Source: an uncultured Pelagibacteraceae bacterium (GTDB lineage: Bacteria; Pseudomonadota; Alphaproteobacteria; Pelagibacterales; Pelagibacteraceae). From it: a stretch of 64,000 nt of DNA. The notes beneath the pieces are model-generated. The model was given only the letters and a program-made list of their open reading frames with translations. It did no database searches and had not been told where the DNA came from. Shown here piece by piece: positions 54,708 to 63,366 of the stretch; position 1 is the stretch's first letter, and each line of letters opens with the position of its first letter. The stretch spans positions 59,863 to 123,862 of the forward strand of contig CACHBR010000002.1 in the NCBI GenBank assembly GCA_902578115.1, read 5' to 3'. The translations under genes and the position numbers were made by a program.

Positions 54708-55895
54708 TTAATTTAAATCTTTAAAAATTTTATAATATGTGAATTCGAGTTTTGTATCTTTAGAAAAATATTCTTCATGATGTAAAAAGGTACAATAGGT
54801 TAAAAGTAGTAAAAAAAATAATACTTTTTTATTCATAAAAAAATCATTAAATTTTTTTGCATTTTTACTTATTTCATATTTAATTATTTTTTTATTTTGT
54901 AAAAAAAATAATAAAAATACAGTCAAATGAATATGTATTGAAAACCAACGTGACCAATCTTCTGCCACATGGAATAGTGGAAAGCTAAAAACAATTATTA
55001 AGAAATAAATTAAAATATAAAAAATTTTATTTTTTATTTTTGCAAAATTAAAAAGTAATATTAATGGAATAAAACTATAAATAATATACGTCAAATAACC
55101 TATCCAGCTAGTATAACTCGCACTTAAATAAAAGAATAACATCGAATTATTTGCCTGATCTTTTAACAAATTATGTTTCAGAGCAAAGATTGGTCCACGT
55201 TCAAGACATCCAATCGGAGTATAATTTAATAAACTTTTACATATTTCATAAACACTTTTCTCTGAACCCTTAAAATAAAATAAAATTACCATCGATATTA
55301 TTGAAATAAAAATTAATACCAAAAAATGAGGAATAAAATTTTTATATTCTTCTTTTTTTTTGACCAATAAAATAGGAATAAGAATATAAGGTAAATAAAA
55401 AAATATACCCTCATGAATAAATAAAAGAATCGGAAAAATAAAAATGAATTTCCATAAGCTATTTTTGTTGAAATGTTTGGAAGAAATACTTATCAGGTAC
55501 CACAGATAAAATAAAAATAGTAATATTTCTTTTCTAATACCAACACCATTAATAATTATGAAGAAAAAATATAAAAGTGGTGAGAATAATACTAAAATAG
55601 TAAAAAAATTAAATTTAATATTTTTTAATAAAATATAATTCAATCTATAAAACATTAGGCAGATACCTGACAAAATTACAAAATAAGCTAATTGTAAATT
55701 ACCGTTAAATATTTTTGATAGCTGAAAAATAATTTCACCACTTAAGCCTCTTCTTATAAATCCTGACTGATAATTTATTAACCATTCTCCGTACTCATAA
55801 GTGTCTAGATTCACTGCATTGTTGAATACCTTTAAAAGTGAAAATGTGGATAGAAAAACGATGAAAAATAATAAAAAATAATTTTTTTTAACCAT
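54708..55895 (-). CDS. Polytopic membrane protein, possible glycan polymerase/GT-C-type transferase (EpsG/Wzy-like topology)
   Basis: 395 aa with about 10-11 hydrophobic helices. No soluble domain and no diagnostic motif are recognised. The functional guess comes from context only. Confidence 0.45.
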   Translation of the reverse strand: MVKKNYFLLFFIVFLSTFSLLKVFNNAVNLDTYEYGEWLINYQSGFIRRGLSGEIIFQLSKIFNGNLQLAYFVILSGICLMFYRLNYILLKNIKFNFFTILVLFSPLLYFFFIIINGVGIRKEILLFLFYLWYLISISSKHFNKNSLWKFIFIFPILLFIHEGIFFYLPYILIPILLVKKKEEYKNFIPHFLVLIFISIISMVILFYFKGSEKSVYEICKSLLNYTPIGCLERGPIFALKHNLLKDQANNSMLFFYLSASYTSWIGYLTYIIYSFIPLILLFNFAKIKNKIFYILIYFLIIVFSFPLFHVAEDWSRWFSIHIHLTVFLLFFLQNKKIIKYEISKNAKKFNDFFMNKKVLFFLLLLTYCTFLHHEEYFSKDTKLEFTYYKIFKDLN

Positions 55896-55973
55896 AATTT
55901 AGTTACTTTTATAGTAGAAGCTTGCATAATTGAACTCTACAAAGTAAAACAATATAAAAACTATGGTGCAAAA

Positions 55974-56165
55974 ATGGGAATTCATTACACTTATAAATCA
56001 ATTAGAGGCGAAAAGGCCATGAAAAAAGAGGCTAAAAGAAAAGCCCGTTTAGAACAAAGAAGAGCTAAAAAGGGATACAAGCCAATTCAAAGCGAAAGTG
56101 AAAAAATGCACGATATTGAAAAAACTATTACTTTAGAAGATTTAACAAATCCCAATAAAAATTAA
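55974..56165 (+). CDS. Small basic hypothetical protein
   Basis: 63 aa with a lysine/arginine-rich helix (KKEAKRKARLEQRRAKKGYKP). No homology is recognised. Confidence 0.45.
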   Translation: MGIHYTYKSIRGEKAMKKEAKRKARLEQRRAKKGYKPIQSESEKMHDIEKTITLEDLTNPNKN

Positions 56166-56170
56166 TTTTA

Positions 56171-56290
56171 ATGAAATCTGCTTCAAAAAAAGAGTCATCT
56201 CTTGACAGGAAAGAATTGGCCTTGAGGTCAAATTTAAAAAAAAGAAGAGAATATAAAAACAAATATTATAAAAAAAGAAAAAAAGTATGA
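56171..56290 (+). CDS. Candidate 39-aa highly basic protein
   Basis: Below the track cutoff. The peptide is [39 protein letters not shown]. Its TGA overlaps the dcd ATG as ATGA (56287-56290). Confidence 0.3.
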   Translation: MKSASKKESSLDRKELALRSNLKKRREYKNKYYKKRKKV

Positions 56291-56841
56291 CTGTTCTATC
56301 AGATAAATGGATAAAAAAGATGGTTAAAAGCCATAAAATTATAACTCCATTTATTCCAAAACAAACAAGAAAAGGAAAAATTTCATACGGTTTATCCTCA
56401 TACGGATACGATGCAAGAGTTTCTGATGATTTTAAAATATTCACAAATGTAAATTCTACAATAGTTGATCCTAAAAATTTTAATCAGGACGGATTTGTCT
56501 CAAAAAAATCAAAAATTTGTGTGATACCTCCAAATTCCTTCGCCTTAGCAAGAACAGTCGAATATTTTAAAATACCAGAAAATGTACTTGTAATTTGTTT
56601 AGGAAAATCTACATACGCAAGATGTGGGATTATTGTTAATGTGACACCATTAGAACCAGGCTGGGAAGGGCATGTTACACTTGAATTTTCTAACACAACA
56701 CCTCTTCCTGCAAAAATTTATGCAAATGAGGGTGCCGCACAATTTGTTTTTATTAAAGGTAACGAAAAACCAGAGGTAACATATGCCAAACGAAAAGGAA
56801 AATATATGAAACAAAAAGGTGTTACTCTTCCAAAAATTTAA
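56287..56841 (+). CDS. dcd: dCTP deaminase
   Basis: 184 aa. It contains [15 protein letters not shown] and [14 protein letters not shown]. Confidence 0.93.
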   Translation: MTVLSDKWIKKMVKSHKIITPFIPKQTRKGKISYGLSSYGYDARVSDDFKIFTNVNSTIVDPKNFNQDGFVSKKSKICVIPPNSFALARTVEYFKIPENVLVICLGKSTYARCGIIVNVTPLEPGWEGHVTLEFSNTTPLPAKIYANEGAAQFVFIKGNEKPEVTYAKRKGKYMKQKGVTLPKI

Positions 56842-56844
56842 TTA

Positions 56845-58110
56845 ATGCAAAAATTAATTATTAAAGGTAATAAAACTTTATCTGGTACTATTAAAATTTC
56901 AGGTTCAAAAAATGCAACACTACCAATCCTGGCCTCTACAATCTTAAATGATAAAAAAATTGAAATAAATAATATTCCTTTAGTCAAGGATGTCATTACA
57001 ATGACGGAATTATTAAAGCATATTGGATCAAATATTAAAATAAATTTAGCAAAAAAGAAGATTATAATAAATAACAAAGAAAAATTTCTTAAAACTTTAG
57101 CGCCTTATAGTTTTCTAAAAACAATGAGAGCAGGAGTTATCGTACTAGGTCCACTATTATCAAAATTTGGGAAAGCTAAAGTATCTCTACCAGGCGGTTG
57201 TGCAATTGGAACAAGACCAGTTGATATTCATCTATATGGACTAAAAAAATTAGGAGCTAAGATAAAAATAAAAAATGGTTATATTGAAGCAGAGGCTAAA
57301 AACGGTTTAAGTGGAAAAAAAATTAAACTTCCTAAGATATCAGTGGGTGCAACAGAAAATTTAATAATTGCAGCTAGTTATGCAAATGGGACAACATTTA
57401 TTAAAAACTGTGCATGTGAACCAGAAATACTTGATTTAACAAATTTTTTGAAAAAAATGGGTGTAAATATAAAATGGATTAGTAAAAGGGAAATAAAAAT
57501 TATAGGTGGAAAAAAATTTAAGCCAGTGAGCCACTCTGTAATGTTTGATAGAATTGAAGCTGGTACTTTTGTAATAGCAGGAGCATTAATAGCAAAAAAA
57601 CTTAAAATAGTTTCACTGGAAACAAAGATAATTAAAAAAGAACTTAAAATCTTAAAAAAAATGGGTATTAAATTGAAAATAAATAAAAATGAAATAGTAA
57701 TTTTAAATTCAAAAAATATTAAACCAGTTAAAATTAAAACCGAACCTTATCCTGGTTTTCCAACTGATCTTCAAGCTCAAATTATGGTATTGATGACAAG
57801 AGCAAATGGTACGTCAAAAATAAAAGAAAATATTTTTGAAAATCGATTTATGCATGTCCCAGAATTAAATAGAATGGGTGCAAAGATAAAAGTGTCTGGA
57901 AATCTATCTAAAATTGACGGTATTAAAAGTTTGTATGGCGCTGAAGTAATGGCAACTGATCTTAGGGCTTCTGTGAGCTTGGTTTTAGCAGGTTTAATTG
58001 CAAAAAATAGAACAATTATAAACAGAGTTTATCATTTAGATAGAGGTTATGAAAATTTGGAAAACAAGCTTCGAAAATGTGGTGCAAATATTTCTAGAAC
58101 GAATTACTAA
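56845..58110 (+). CDS. murA: UDP-N-acetylglucosamine 1-carboxyvinyltransferase
   Basis: 421 aa. It contains ISGSKNATLPILA, the active-site loop LPGGCAIGTRPVD and DRGYENLENKL. Confidence 0.96.
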   Translation: MQKLIIKGNKTLSGTIKISGSKNATLPILASTILNDKKIEINNIPLVKDVITMTELLKHIGSNIKINLAKKKIIINNKEKFLKTLAPYSFLKTMRAGVIVLGPLLSKFGKAKVSLPGGCAIGTRPVDIHLYGLKKLGAKIKIKNGYIEAEAKNGLSGKKIKLPKISVGATENLIIAASYANGTTFIKNCACEPEILDLTNFLKKMGVNIKWISKREIKIIGGKKFKPVSHSVMFDRIEAGTFVIAGALIAKKLKIVSLETKIIKKELKILKKMGIKLKINKNEIVILNSKNIKPVKIKTEPYPGFPTDLQAQIMVLMTRANGTSKIKENIFENRFMHVPELNRMGAKIKVSGNLSKIDGIKSLYGAEVMATDLRASVSLVLAGLIAKNRTIINRVYHLDRGYENLENKLRKCGANISRTNY

Positions 58111-58559
58111 TGGAAAAAAAAAGTTTAAAGTTAAATGCAGTTTCACAAAATGATTTACAGGTAATGTCTGCTCATCTACAGGATTCTATTACACAAATAA
58201 AAAATATAGCTCATTTAAAAAAAAATAGAATTTTTTTAATTCAATTTAACAGGTTTATGTGGGAAGACATTGAAAAAGGTGTGTTTAGAAAGAATAAAAG
58301 AGTATTATCAGTTTTAAAATTTGAGAATGTAATTAATGTTTACTCAAAAAACCTTAATCAAAAGAATAAAGAACGTTTTTTAGATTTTTTAGCAATTGAA
58401 AGTAAATTTTTGTCTGATAAAAACTACGAAATAAAATTAAATTTTGCAGGAGATATATTGATTAAATTAAATTCAGAAGTAATAGAATGTTTTCTTGAAG
58501 ATATTAGTGATCCATGGGAAACCAAAAATAAACCAAAACACGACCTTATAAATGATTAA
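58110..58559 (+). CDS. Conserved hypothetical protein (DUF2948-like by position between murA and hisD)
   Basis: 149 aa. It overlaps murA by 1 nt and hisD by 8 nt. The family assignment comes from remembered alphaproteobacterial synteny, not from a search. Confidence 0.55.
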   Translation: MEKKSLKLNAVSQNDLQVMSAHLQDSITQIKNIAHLKKNRIFLIQFNRFMWEDIEKGVFRKNKRVLSVLKFENVINVYSKNLNQKNKERFLDFLAIESKFLSDKNYEIKLNFAGDILIKLNSEVIECFLEDISDPWETKNKPKHDLIND

Positions 58560-59853
58560 AATATTAAATACAAAATCACAAGATTTCAAAAAGAAATTTA
58601 ATTATTATTTAAATATAAGAAGGAAATATTCTTCAAGTAAGATAAGCGTTGTAAAAAAAATTGTTAATGACGTGAAGAAAAATAAAGACAAATCATTAAT
58701 AAAATATGAGAAAAAATTTAACAATATTAAAAGTTTAAATGTAAATAAATTATTTTTTTCAAAAAATGAGATTGAAAAAAGTGTTAAAACACTAGACAAA
58801 AAAATTAAAAATTCAATTGATATAGCCTTTAAAAGAATCTTTAATTTTCATAAAAATCAAAAATTTAAAGGTTTCAAAATTAAAGATAGTTTTAATAATT
58901 CTTTAAGCTATAGATCAAAACCAATTAATAAGATAGGAGTATACGTTCCTGGCGGTAGGGCAAGCTACCCAAGTTCAGTTTTGATGAATTGTATACCAGC
59001 TTTAATTGCTGGAGTTAAAGAAATTTATATGACAGTGCCTTCTATTAATGGAAAAATAAATCCGGGAGTTTTATATGCAGCAAAAAAATGTAAAGTTAAA
59101 AAGATTTTTAAACTCGGGGGAGCACAAGCTATTGCAGCTTTAGCTTTTGGTACAAAAACAATAAATAAAGTTGATAAAATTGTTGGTCCAGGAAATGAGT
59201 ATGTTGCACTAGCAAAAAAAGAAGTTTCAGGTGTATCTGGTATTGATATATTTGCTGGGCCATCAGAAGTTACTATTATTGCAGATAAAAACTCTAATCC
59301 AGAATGGATTTCCGCAGACCTAATCGCTCAATCTGAACACGATGAAATGTCACAATCTATTTTAGTATCCGATAGTAAATATTTAATTGATAAGGTTCAA
59401 TATTATCTTATTAAGCAACTTAAATTCTTACCAAAAAAAAAGATCGCATCAATAAGTTTAGGTAAATTTGGTTTAGCAATTTTAGTAAGAAATTCACGTG
59501 AAGTTTCAGAAATAACTAATATAATTGCTCCGGAACATCTTCAAATTTATACTAAAAAACCAGATAGATATTTAAAATCAATTGATAACGCTGGATCAAT
59601 ATTTTTAGGCGCGTATTCACCCGAAGCAGTTGGTGATTATATTGCAGGACCTAATCATGTTCTCCCAACATCAGGCACTGCAAAATTTTCATCTGGTTTA
59701 TCTGTTTTAGATTTTCTTAAAAGACAATCAATAATTAAAATTTCTAAAAGAGGTATTGAAAAATTAGGTCCATCCGTTGTAACCTTATCAAAATATGAAA
59801 ATCTCTACGGGCATGCTAATTCTGTAAAACTTAGGCTTAAAGAAAGGGAGTAA
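58552..59853 (+). CDS. hisD: Histidinol dehydrogenase
   Basis: 433 aa. It contains [29 protein letters not shown] and [13 protein letters not shown]. Confidence 0.95.
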   Translation: MIKILNTKSQDFKKKFNYYLNIRRKYSSSKISVVKKIVNDVKKNKDKSLIKYEKKFNNIKSLNVNKLFFSKNEIEKSVKTLDKKIKNSIDIAFKRIFNFHKNQKFKGFKIKDSFNNSLSYRSKPINKIGVYVPGGRASYPSSVLMNCIPALIAGVKEIYMTVPSINGKINPGVLYAAKKCKVKKIFKLGGAQAIAALAFGTKTINKVDKIVGPGNEYVALAKKEVSGVSGIDIFAGPSEVTIIADKNSNPEWISADLIAQSEHDEMSQSILVSDSKYLIDKVQYYLIKQLKFLPKKKIASISLGKFGLAILVRNSREVSEITNIIAPEHLQIYTKKPDRYLKSIDNAGSIFLGAYSPEAVGDYIAGPNHVLPTSGTAKFSSGLSVLDFLKRQSIIKISKRGIEKLGPSVVTLSKYENLYGHANSVKLRLKERE

Positions 59854-59854
59854 T

Positions 59855-60070
59855 TTGGCTAAACAAGAAAAGATAGAATTTAAGGGAAAAGTAACAGAAT
59901 TATTACCAAACGCTATGTTTAGAGTTAAGCTTGAAAATAATCATGAAGTTTTGGCTCATACGGCTGGAAAATTGAGAAAGAATAGAATAAGAGTCTTAGC
60001 CGGTGATCAGGTCTTAGTTGAAATGACTCCTTACGATTTGACTAAAGGTAGGATTACTTTTAGATTTTAG
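59855..60070 (+). CDS. infA: Translation initiation factor IF-1
   Basis: 71 aa starting at TTG. The sequence is [70 protein letters not shown]. Confidence 0.94.
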   Translation: MAKQEKIEFKGKVTELLPNAMFRVKLENNHEVLAHTAGKLRKNRIRVLAGDQVLVEMTPYDLTKGRITFRF

Positions 60071-60077
60071 GATATTT

Positions 60078-60149
60078 GGCCTTGTAGCTCAGTAGTAGAG
60101 CAGTACCCTGAAAAGGTATGTGTCGTTTGTGCGATTCAAACCAAGGCCA
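60078..60149 (+). tRNA. tRNA-Phe (anticodon GAA) with a non-canonical D-loop and T-loop; CCA not encoded
   Basis: Acceptor GGCCTTG/CAAGGCC. D-arm GCTC-AGTAGTA-GAGC. Anticodon arm GTACC-CTGAAAA-GGTAT. T-arm GTTTG-TGCGATT-CAAAC. Discriminator A. The D-loop lacks GG, and the T-loop has G where the conserved U55 belongs. Confidence 0.75.
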
Positions 60150-60204
60150 CCTCTAACAATAATTCTGGACATCACATAGGTTTGACTGGTATATCCGGAA
60201 AAAT

Positions 60205-60933
60205 ATGAACTTTTCTTTAGAGATAACTATGAAAACAGACCTTTCTGATTTACCAAAGGTTAAAGATGTTTACATAACAATGCTTCCAGGAAATGATTTT
60301 AGGGAGGTTGCAAAAAAAGCAAAAGAGCTAGTCCAATCCGGGTTTAATCCAGTACCCCACTTTCCTGCGAGATCAATTAAAAATTTAGATGAGTTAAAGC
60401 AGTACGTTTCTATGTGTAAAGATTTCGGCGTAAAACAAGCTTTGGTAATAGGTGGAAGTGCTGAACCAATAGGTGATTACCACTGCTCGTTGCAGATTTT
60501 AGAAACAGGATTATTTGAGGGGTTTAGGATAGGAATTGCTGGACATCCTGAGGGGTCCCCTGATATATCGGAATCTGATTTGGAGAAAGCGATGAAAGAT
60601 AAAAAACCATTCGCAGATTACATTGTCACCCAGTGGCTTTTAAATCCAGAACCAATAAATAAATTTATTTCAAAACAAAGTTTGCCAGTTCATGTTGGAA
60701 TTACTGGACCTTTAAAGCTTACAAGTTTAATAAAATTTGCAAATATTGTTGGAGCTAAAAATTCACTTAACTTTATTAAATCTAATGCCTCTAAAGCCAT
60801 AAATTTGTTGAAACCATCGGATCCTAATGAATTAATTGATCAAGTTAAGAAATCAACAGGTCATTTTCATATTTATACTTTTGGTGGATTAAAAGAAACC
60901 AACAAGTGGTTAGTTAAAAATAATTATGCCTAA
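60205..60933 (+). CDS. Methylenetetrahydrofolate reductase (MetF/MTHFR-fold) family protein, short form
   Basis: 242 aa. From memory it is collinear with E. coli MetF blocks: FSLEI (FSFEFFPP), PHFPARSI (PHLTCIDA), IGIAGHPEGSP (VAAYPEVHPEA), YIVTQWLL (AITQFFF) and HFHIYTFGG (FHFYTLN). Confidence 0.72.
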   Translation: MNFSLEITMKTDLSDLPKVKDVYITMLPGNDFREVAKKAKELVQSGFNPVPHFPARSIKNLDELKQYVSMCKDFGVKQALVIGGSAEPIGDYHCSLQILETGLFEGFRIGIAGHPEGSPDISESDLEKAMKDKKPFADYIVTQWLLNPEPINKFISKQSLPVHVGITGPLKLTSLIKFANIVGAKNSLNFIKSNASKAINLLKPSDPNELIDQVKKSTGHFHIYTFGGLKETNKWLVKNNYA

Positions 60934-62296
60934 AAAGGTTCCCAATTCTTACAAAGTTGAAAAAGTAAATTACGATAAAGTTAAACACGAAACTTCAGTT
61001 GATCAATCAGATAGACAAATTCCATATAATTTAAGACAAAGCGGCCCCACCAAAGTAGAAATGCTTATCTCAACTCGAGTAAGAAAATCTCCTTATTGGC
61101 ATTTATCTATGAAAGCTGGTTGTTGGAGAGCTACAGTTTATAATCGTATATACCATCCAAGAGGATACGTAAGACCTGAAAAGGGTGGCGCGATGGTTGA
61201 ATATAAAGCTATAAAAAATCACGTTACAATGTGGAACGTAGCAGTTGAAAGACAAATTCGTGTTAAAGGCCCAGACGCCGAAAAATTTGTTGATTATGTA
61301 ATTACAAGAGATGCCACAAAAATTTCAACTATGCGAGGTCGTTACGTGATACTTTGCAATTACAAAGGTGGTGTTCTTAACGACCCTGTTTTGTTAAGGG
61401 TTGAAGACGACGAATTTTGGTTTAGTTTGTCAGACTCTGACATTGGTTTATATCTTCAAGGTGTTAATGCTGACAAAAGATTTAATGTCGAAATAGATGA
61501 AATCGATGCTTGTCCAGTTCAAATACAAGGACCAAAGTCTAAAGCTTTAATGAAAGATCTGGTAGGAGACCAAGTAGATATGGATAATATTCCATTCTAT
61601 GGTTTGGCTAAAGCGAAAATAGGTGGGAGAGATTGTGTAATTTCACAATCAGGTTTTTCAGGCGAAGCTGGATATGAAATTTATTTGAAAAATGCAACTT
61701 TGTACGCAGAGGATATGTGGAATACTGTTCTAAAGGCTGGAAAAAAACATAAATTGATGGTCATAGCACCAGCACACCACAGAAGAATACAAGCTGGAAT
61801 ACTATCTTGGGGGCAGGATTTAGATCACGAACACAACCCATTTCAATGTAACCTTGGTTATCAAGTTTCATTATCAGGTAAAGGAGCATGGGATAAACAA
61901 ACAGACTATGTAGGTAAAGATGCATTGGAGAAAATGAAAGAACAAATCAAAAATGGAAAAAAACCATATAAACTTCAACTTGTAGGTTTAGAAATGGGTG
62001 GTAAGCCTATCGAAGATTATGCAAATGATTTTTGGTTAATATCAAATGATAAAGGAGGAAAGCCTGTAGGATTTATTACTTCTCCTTGGTACCATCCTGA
62101 AAAAGGTACAAATATAGCTATGGGCTATGTTCCATTTGAGGGAAATTTAAACGCCAATGGTTTTCCAATTGGAAATTTTGGAAAAAAATACAAAGTACAT
62201 TTGCCAAAAAAATACTCAAACAAGCCTGTTAATGCGACAGTTGTACCAATACCATTTACTCAGTCTTACAATAAGAATACTAGAGAAACAAACTAG
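60926..62296 (+). CDS. GcvT-fold aminomethyltransferase-family protein, DmdA-like THF-dependent demethylase candidate
   Basis: 456 aa. Family blocks are RVRKSPYW, HVTMWNVAVERQIRVKGPDAEKFV, LNDPVLLRVEDDEFWFSLSDSD, VQIQGPKS and ISQSGFSGEAGYEIYL. It has about 45 extra N-terminal residues and a longer C-terminus than typical DmdA. It overlaps the MetF-like gene by 8 nt. Confidence 0.78.
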   Translation: MPKKVPNSYKVEKVNYDKVKHETSVDQSDRQIPYNLRQSGPTKVEMLISTRVRKSPYWHLSMKAGCWRATVYNRIYHPRGYVRPEKGGAMVEYKAIKNHVTMWNVAVERQIRVKGPDAEKFVDYVITRDATKISTMRGRYVILCNYKGGVLNDPVLLRVEDDEFWFSLSDSDIGLYLQGVNADKRFNVEIDEIDACPVQIQGPKSKALMKDLVGDQVDMDNIPFYGLAKAKIGGRDCVISQSGFSGEAGYEIYLKNATLYAEDMWNTVLKAGKKHKLMVIAPAHHRRIQAGILSWGQDLDHEHNPFQCNLGYQVSLSGKGAWDKQTDYVGKDALEKMKEQIKNGKKPYKLQLVGLEMGGKPIEDYANDFWLISNDKGGKPVGFITSPWYHPEKGTNIAMGYVPFEGNLNANGFPIGNFGKKYKVHLPKKYSNKPVNATVVPIPFTQSYNKNTRETN

Positions 62297-62321
62297 TTAA
62301 TAAACCTTAATTTAAGTTTTT

Positions 62322-62738
62322 ATGATAGATAAATTTGGAAACGTATTTTATTTAATAATCTTCTTGGCACACTTTATTATAGTTGGTAGCTACGCTTATC
62401 AATTAGTCTTTGATACTAAAAAATTTCTTAAGGATAGAGGGGTTGATAAAACCGCTACTTTGATCACGAGATTTGCAGGCTCATTCATGGTTGCCACTGT
62501 TTTAATGGCAATCTATGTTGCTTTTATTAGATCAGGTGGTTTAGTTGCTACTTGGGCTTTCTTTAACCTAGTTTTTATAATGAACGTTTCAATATTAATC
62601 GTAAATTTTTATACATTGAAGATTGATAAAACAGGATTAACAAAAAAAACTAGAAATGATGGAATTTATGCTCCGATAGTTCTTGTTATCATTAGTGCTG
62701 TTCTTTGCTACGGTTTAGCAGATAAGATATACGTTTAG
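62322..62738 (+). CDS. Hypothetical 4-TM membrane protein
   Basis: 138 aa with four hydrophobic helices. No motif is recognised. Confidence 0.55.
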   Translation: MIDKFGNVFYLIIFLAHFIIVGSYAYQLVFDTKKFLKDRGVDKTATLITRFAGSFMVATVLMAIYVAFIRSGGLVATWAFFNLVFIMNVSILIVNFYTLKIDKTGLTKKTRNDGIYAPIVLVIISAVLCYGLADKIYV

Positions 62739-62739
62739 T

Positions 62740-63366
62740 TTACTGAAGCGTATCTTTATCATTTAGATCTTCATAAAATCCAAACTTGGTTATTTCATTT
62801 AAAGTACTTGCTGCCTCATTTAAATCAGGTATTTCTAAAACTTTTTGTTTTTCGCTCACAGAAAATGGGGAAATCATTGCTAATGTATAAATTTGTTCAA
62901 AAGCTTTTAGTTTTGAAATTTCTTTCCAATCAATCAATACTCCTTGTTGATTAAAATATTTTTTCGAATTATCGATTAATTTTTCAAGTATTTCGTTTTT
63001 AACTGCATACTCTTTTAATTTCATATCTTCTTTAAAATCATCATAATTAACAATGAATTCACGATAAAGTTTATCATTATTTATTTCTTCGTCTATTTTA
63101 AATCTTGTTAAACCATTCAGATTAATTAAAATTCTTCCATCGGAAGTTCTTTCATGCCTGTCAATTTTACCTAAACAACCAACTCTGAAAACATCGCCTT
63201 CTACCTTTTTCGTTTGTACCATACCAATATATTTTTCACCTTTTAAAGCATCTTCTATCATGCTGACATATCTTCTTTCAAAAATATTTAATGGTAAATT
63301 TGTTTTTGGAAAAAATATCGCCCCTCTTAAGGGGAACACAGAAATTTTTTTAGGAAAATTATTCAT
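62740..63366 (-). CDS. LON N-terminal (substrate-binding) domain protein
   Basis: 208 aa. The sequence FPLRGAIFFPKTNLPLNIFERRYVSMIEDAL is typical of stand-alone LON-domain proteins. Confidence 0.8.
   Translation of the reverse strand: MNNFPKKISVFPLRGAIFFPKTNLPLNIFERRYVSMIEDALKGEKYIGMVQTKKVEGDVFRVGCLGKIDRHERTSDGRILINLNGLTRFKIDEEINNDKLYREFIVNYDDFKEDMKLKEYAVKNEILEKLIDNSKKYFNQQGVLIDWKEISKLKAFEQIYTLAMISPFSVSEKQKVLEIPDLNEAASTLNEITKFGFYEDLNDKDTLQ

Noticed and set aside
56142-57077. Minus-strand ORFs 56142-56444 (100 aa) and 56838-57077 (79 aa), overlapping the dcd start region and the murA start.
   Set aside because: They are antisense to well-supported genes, are extremely phenylalanine/isoleucine-rich and have no motifs.
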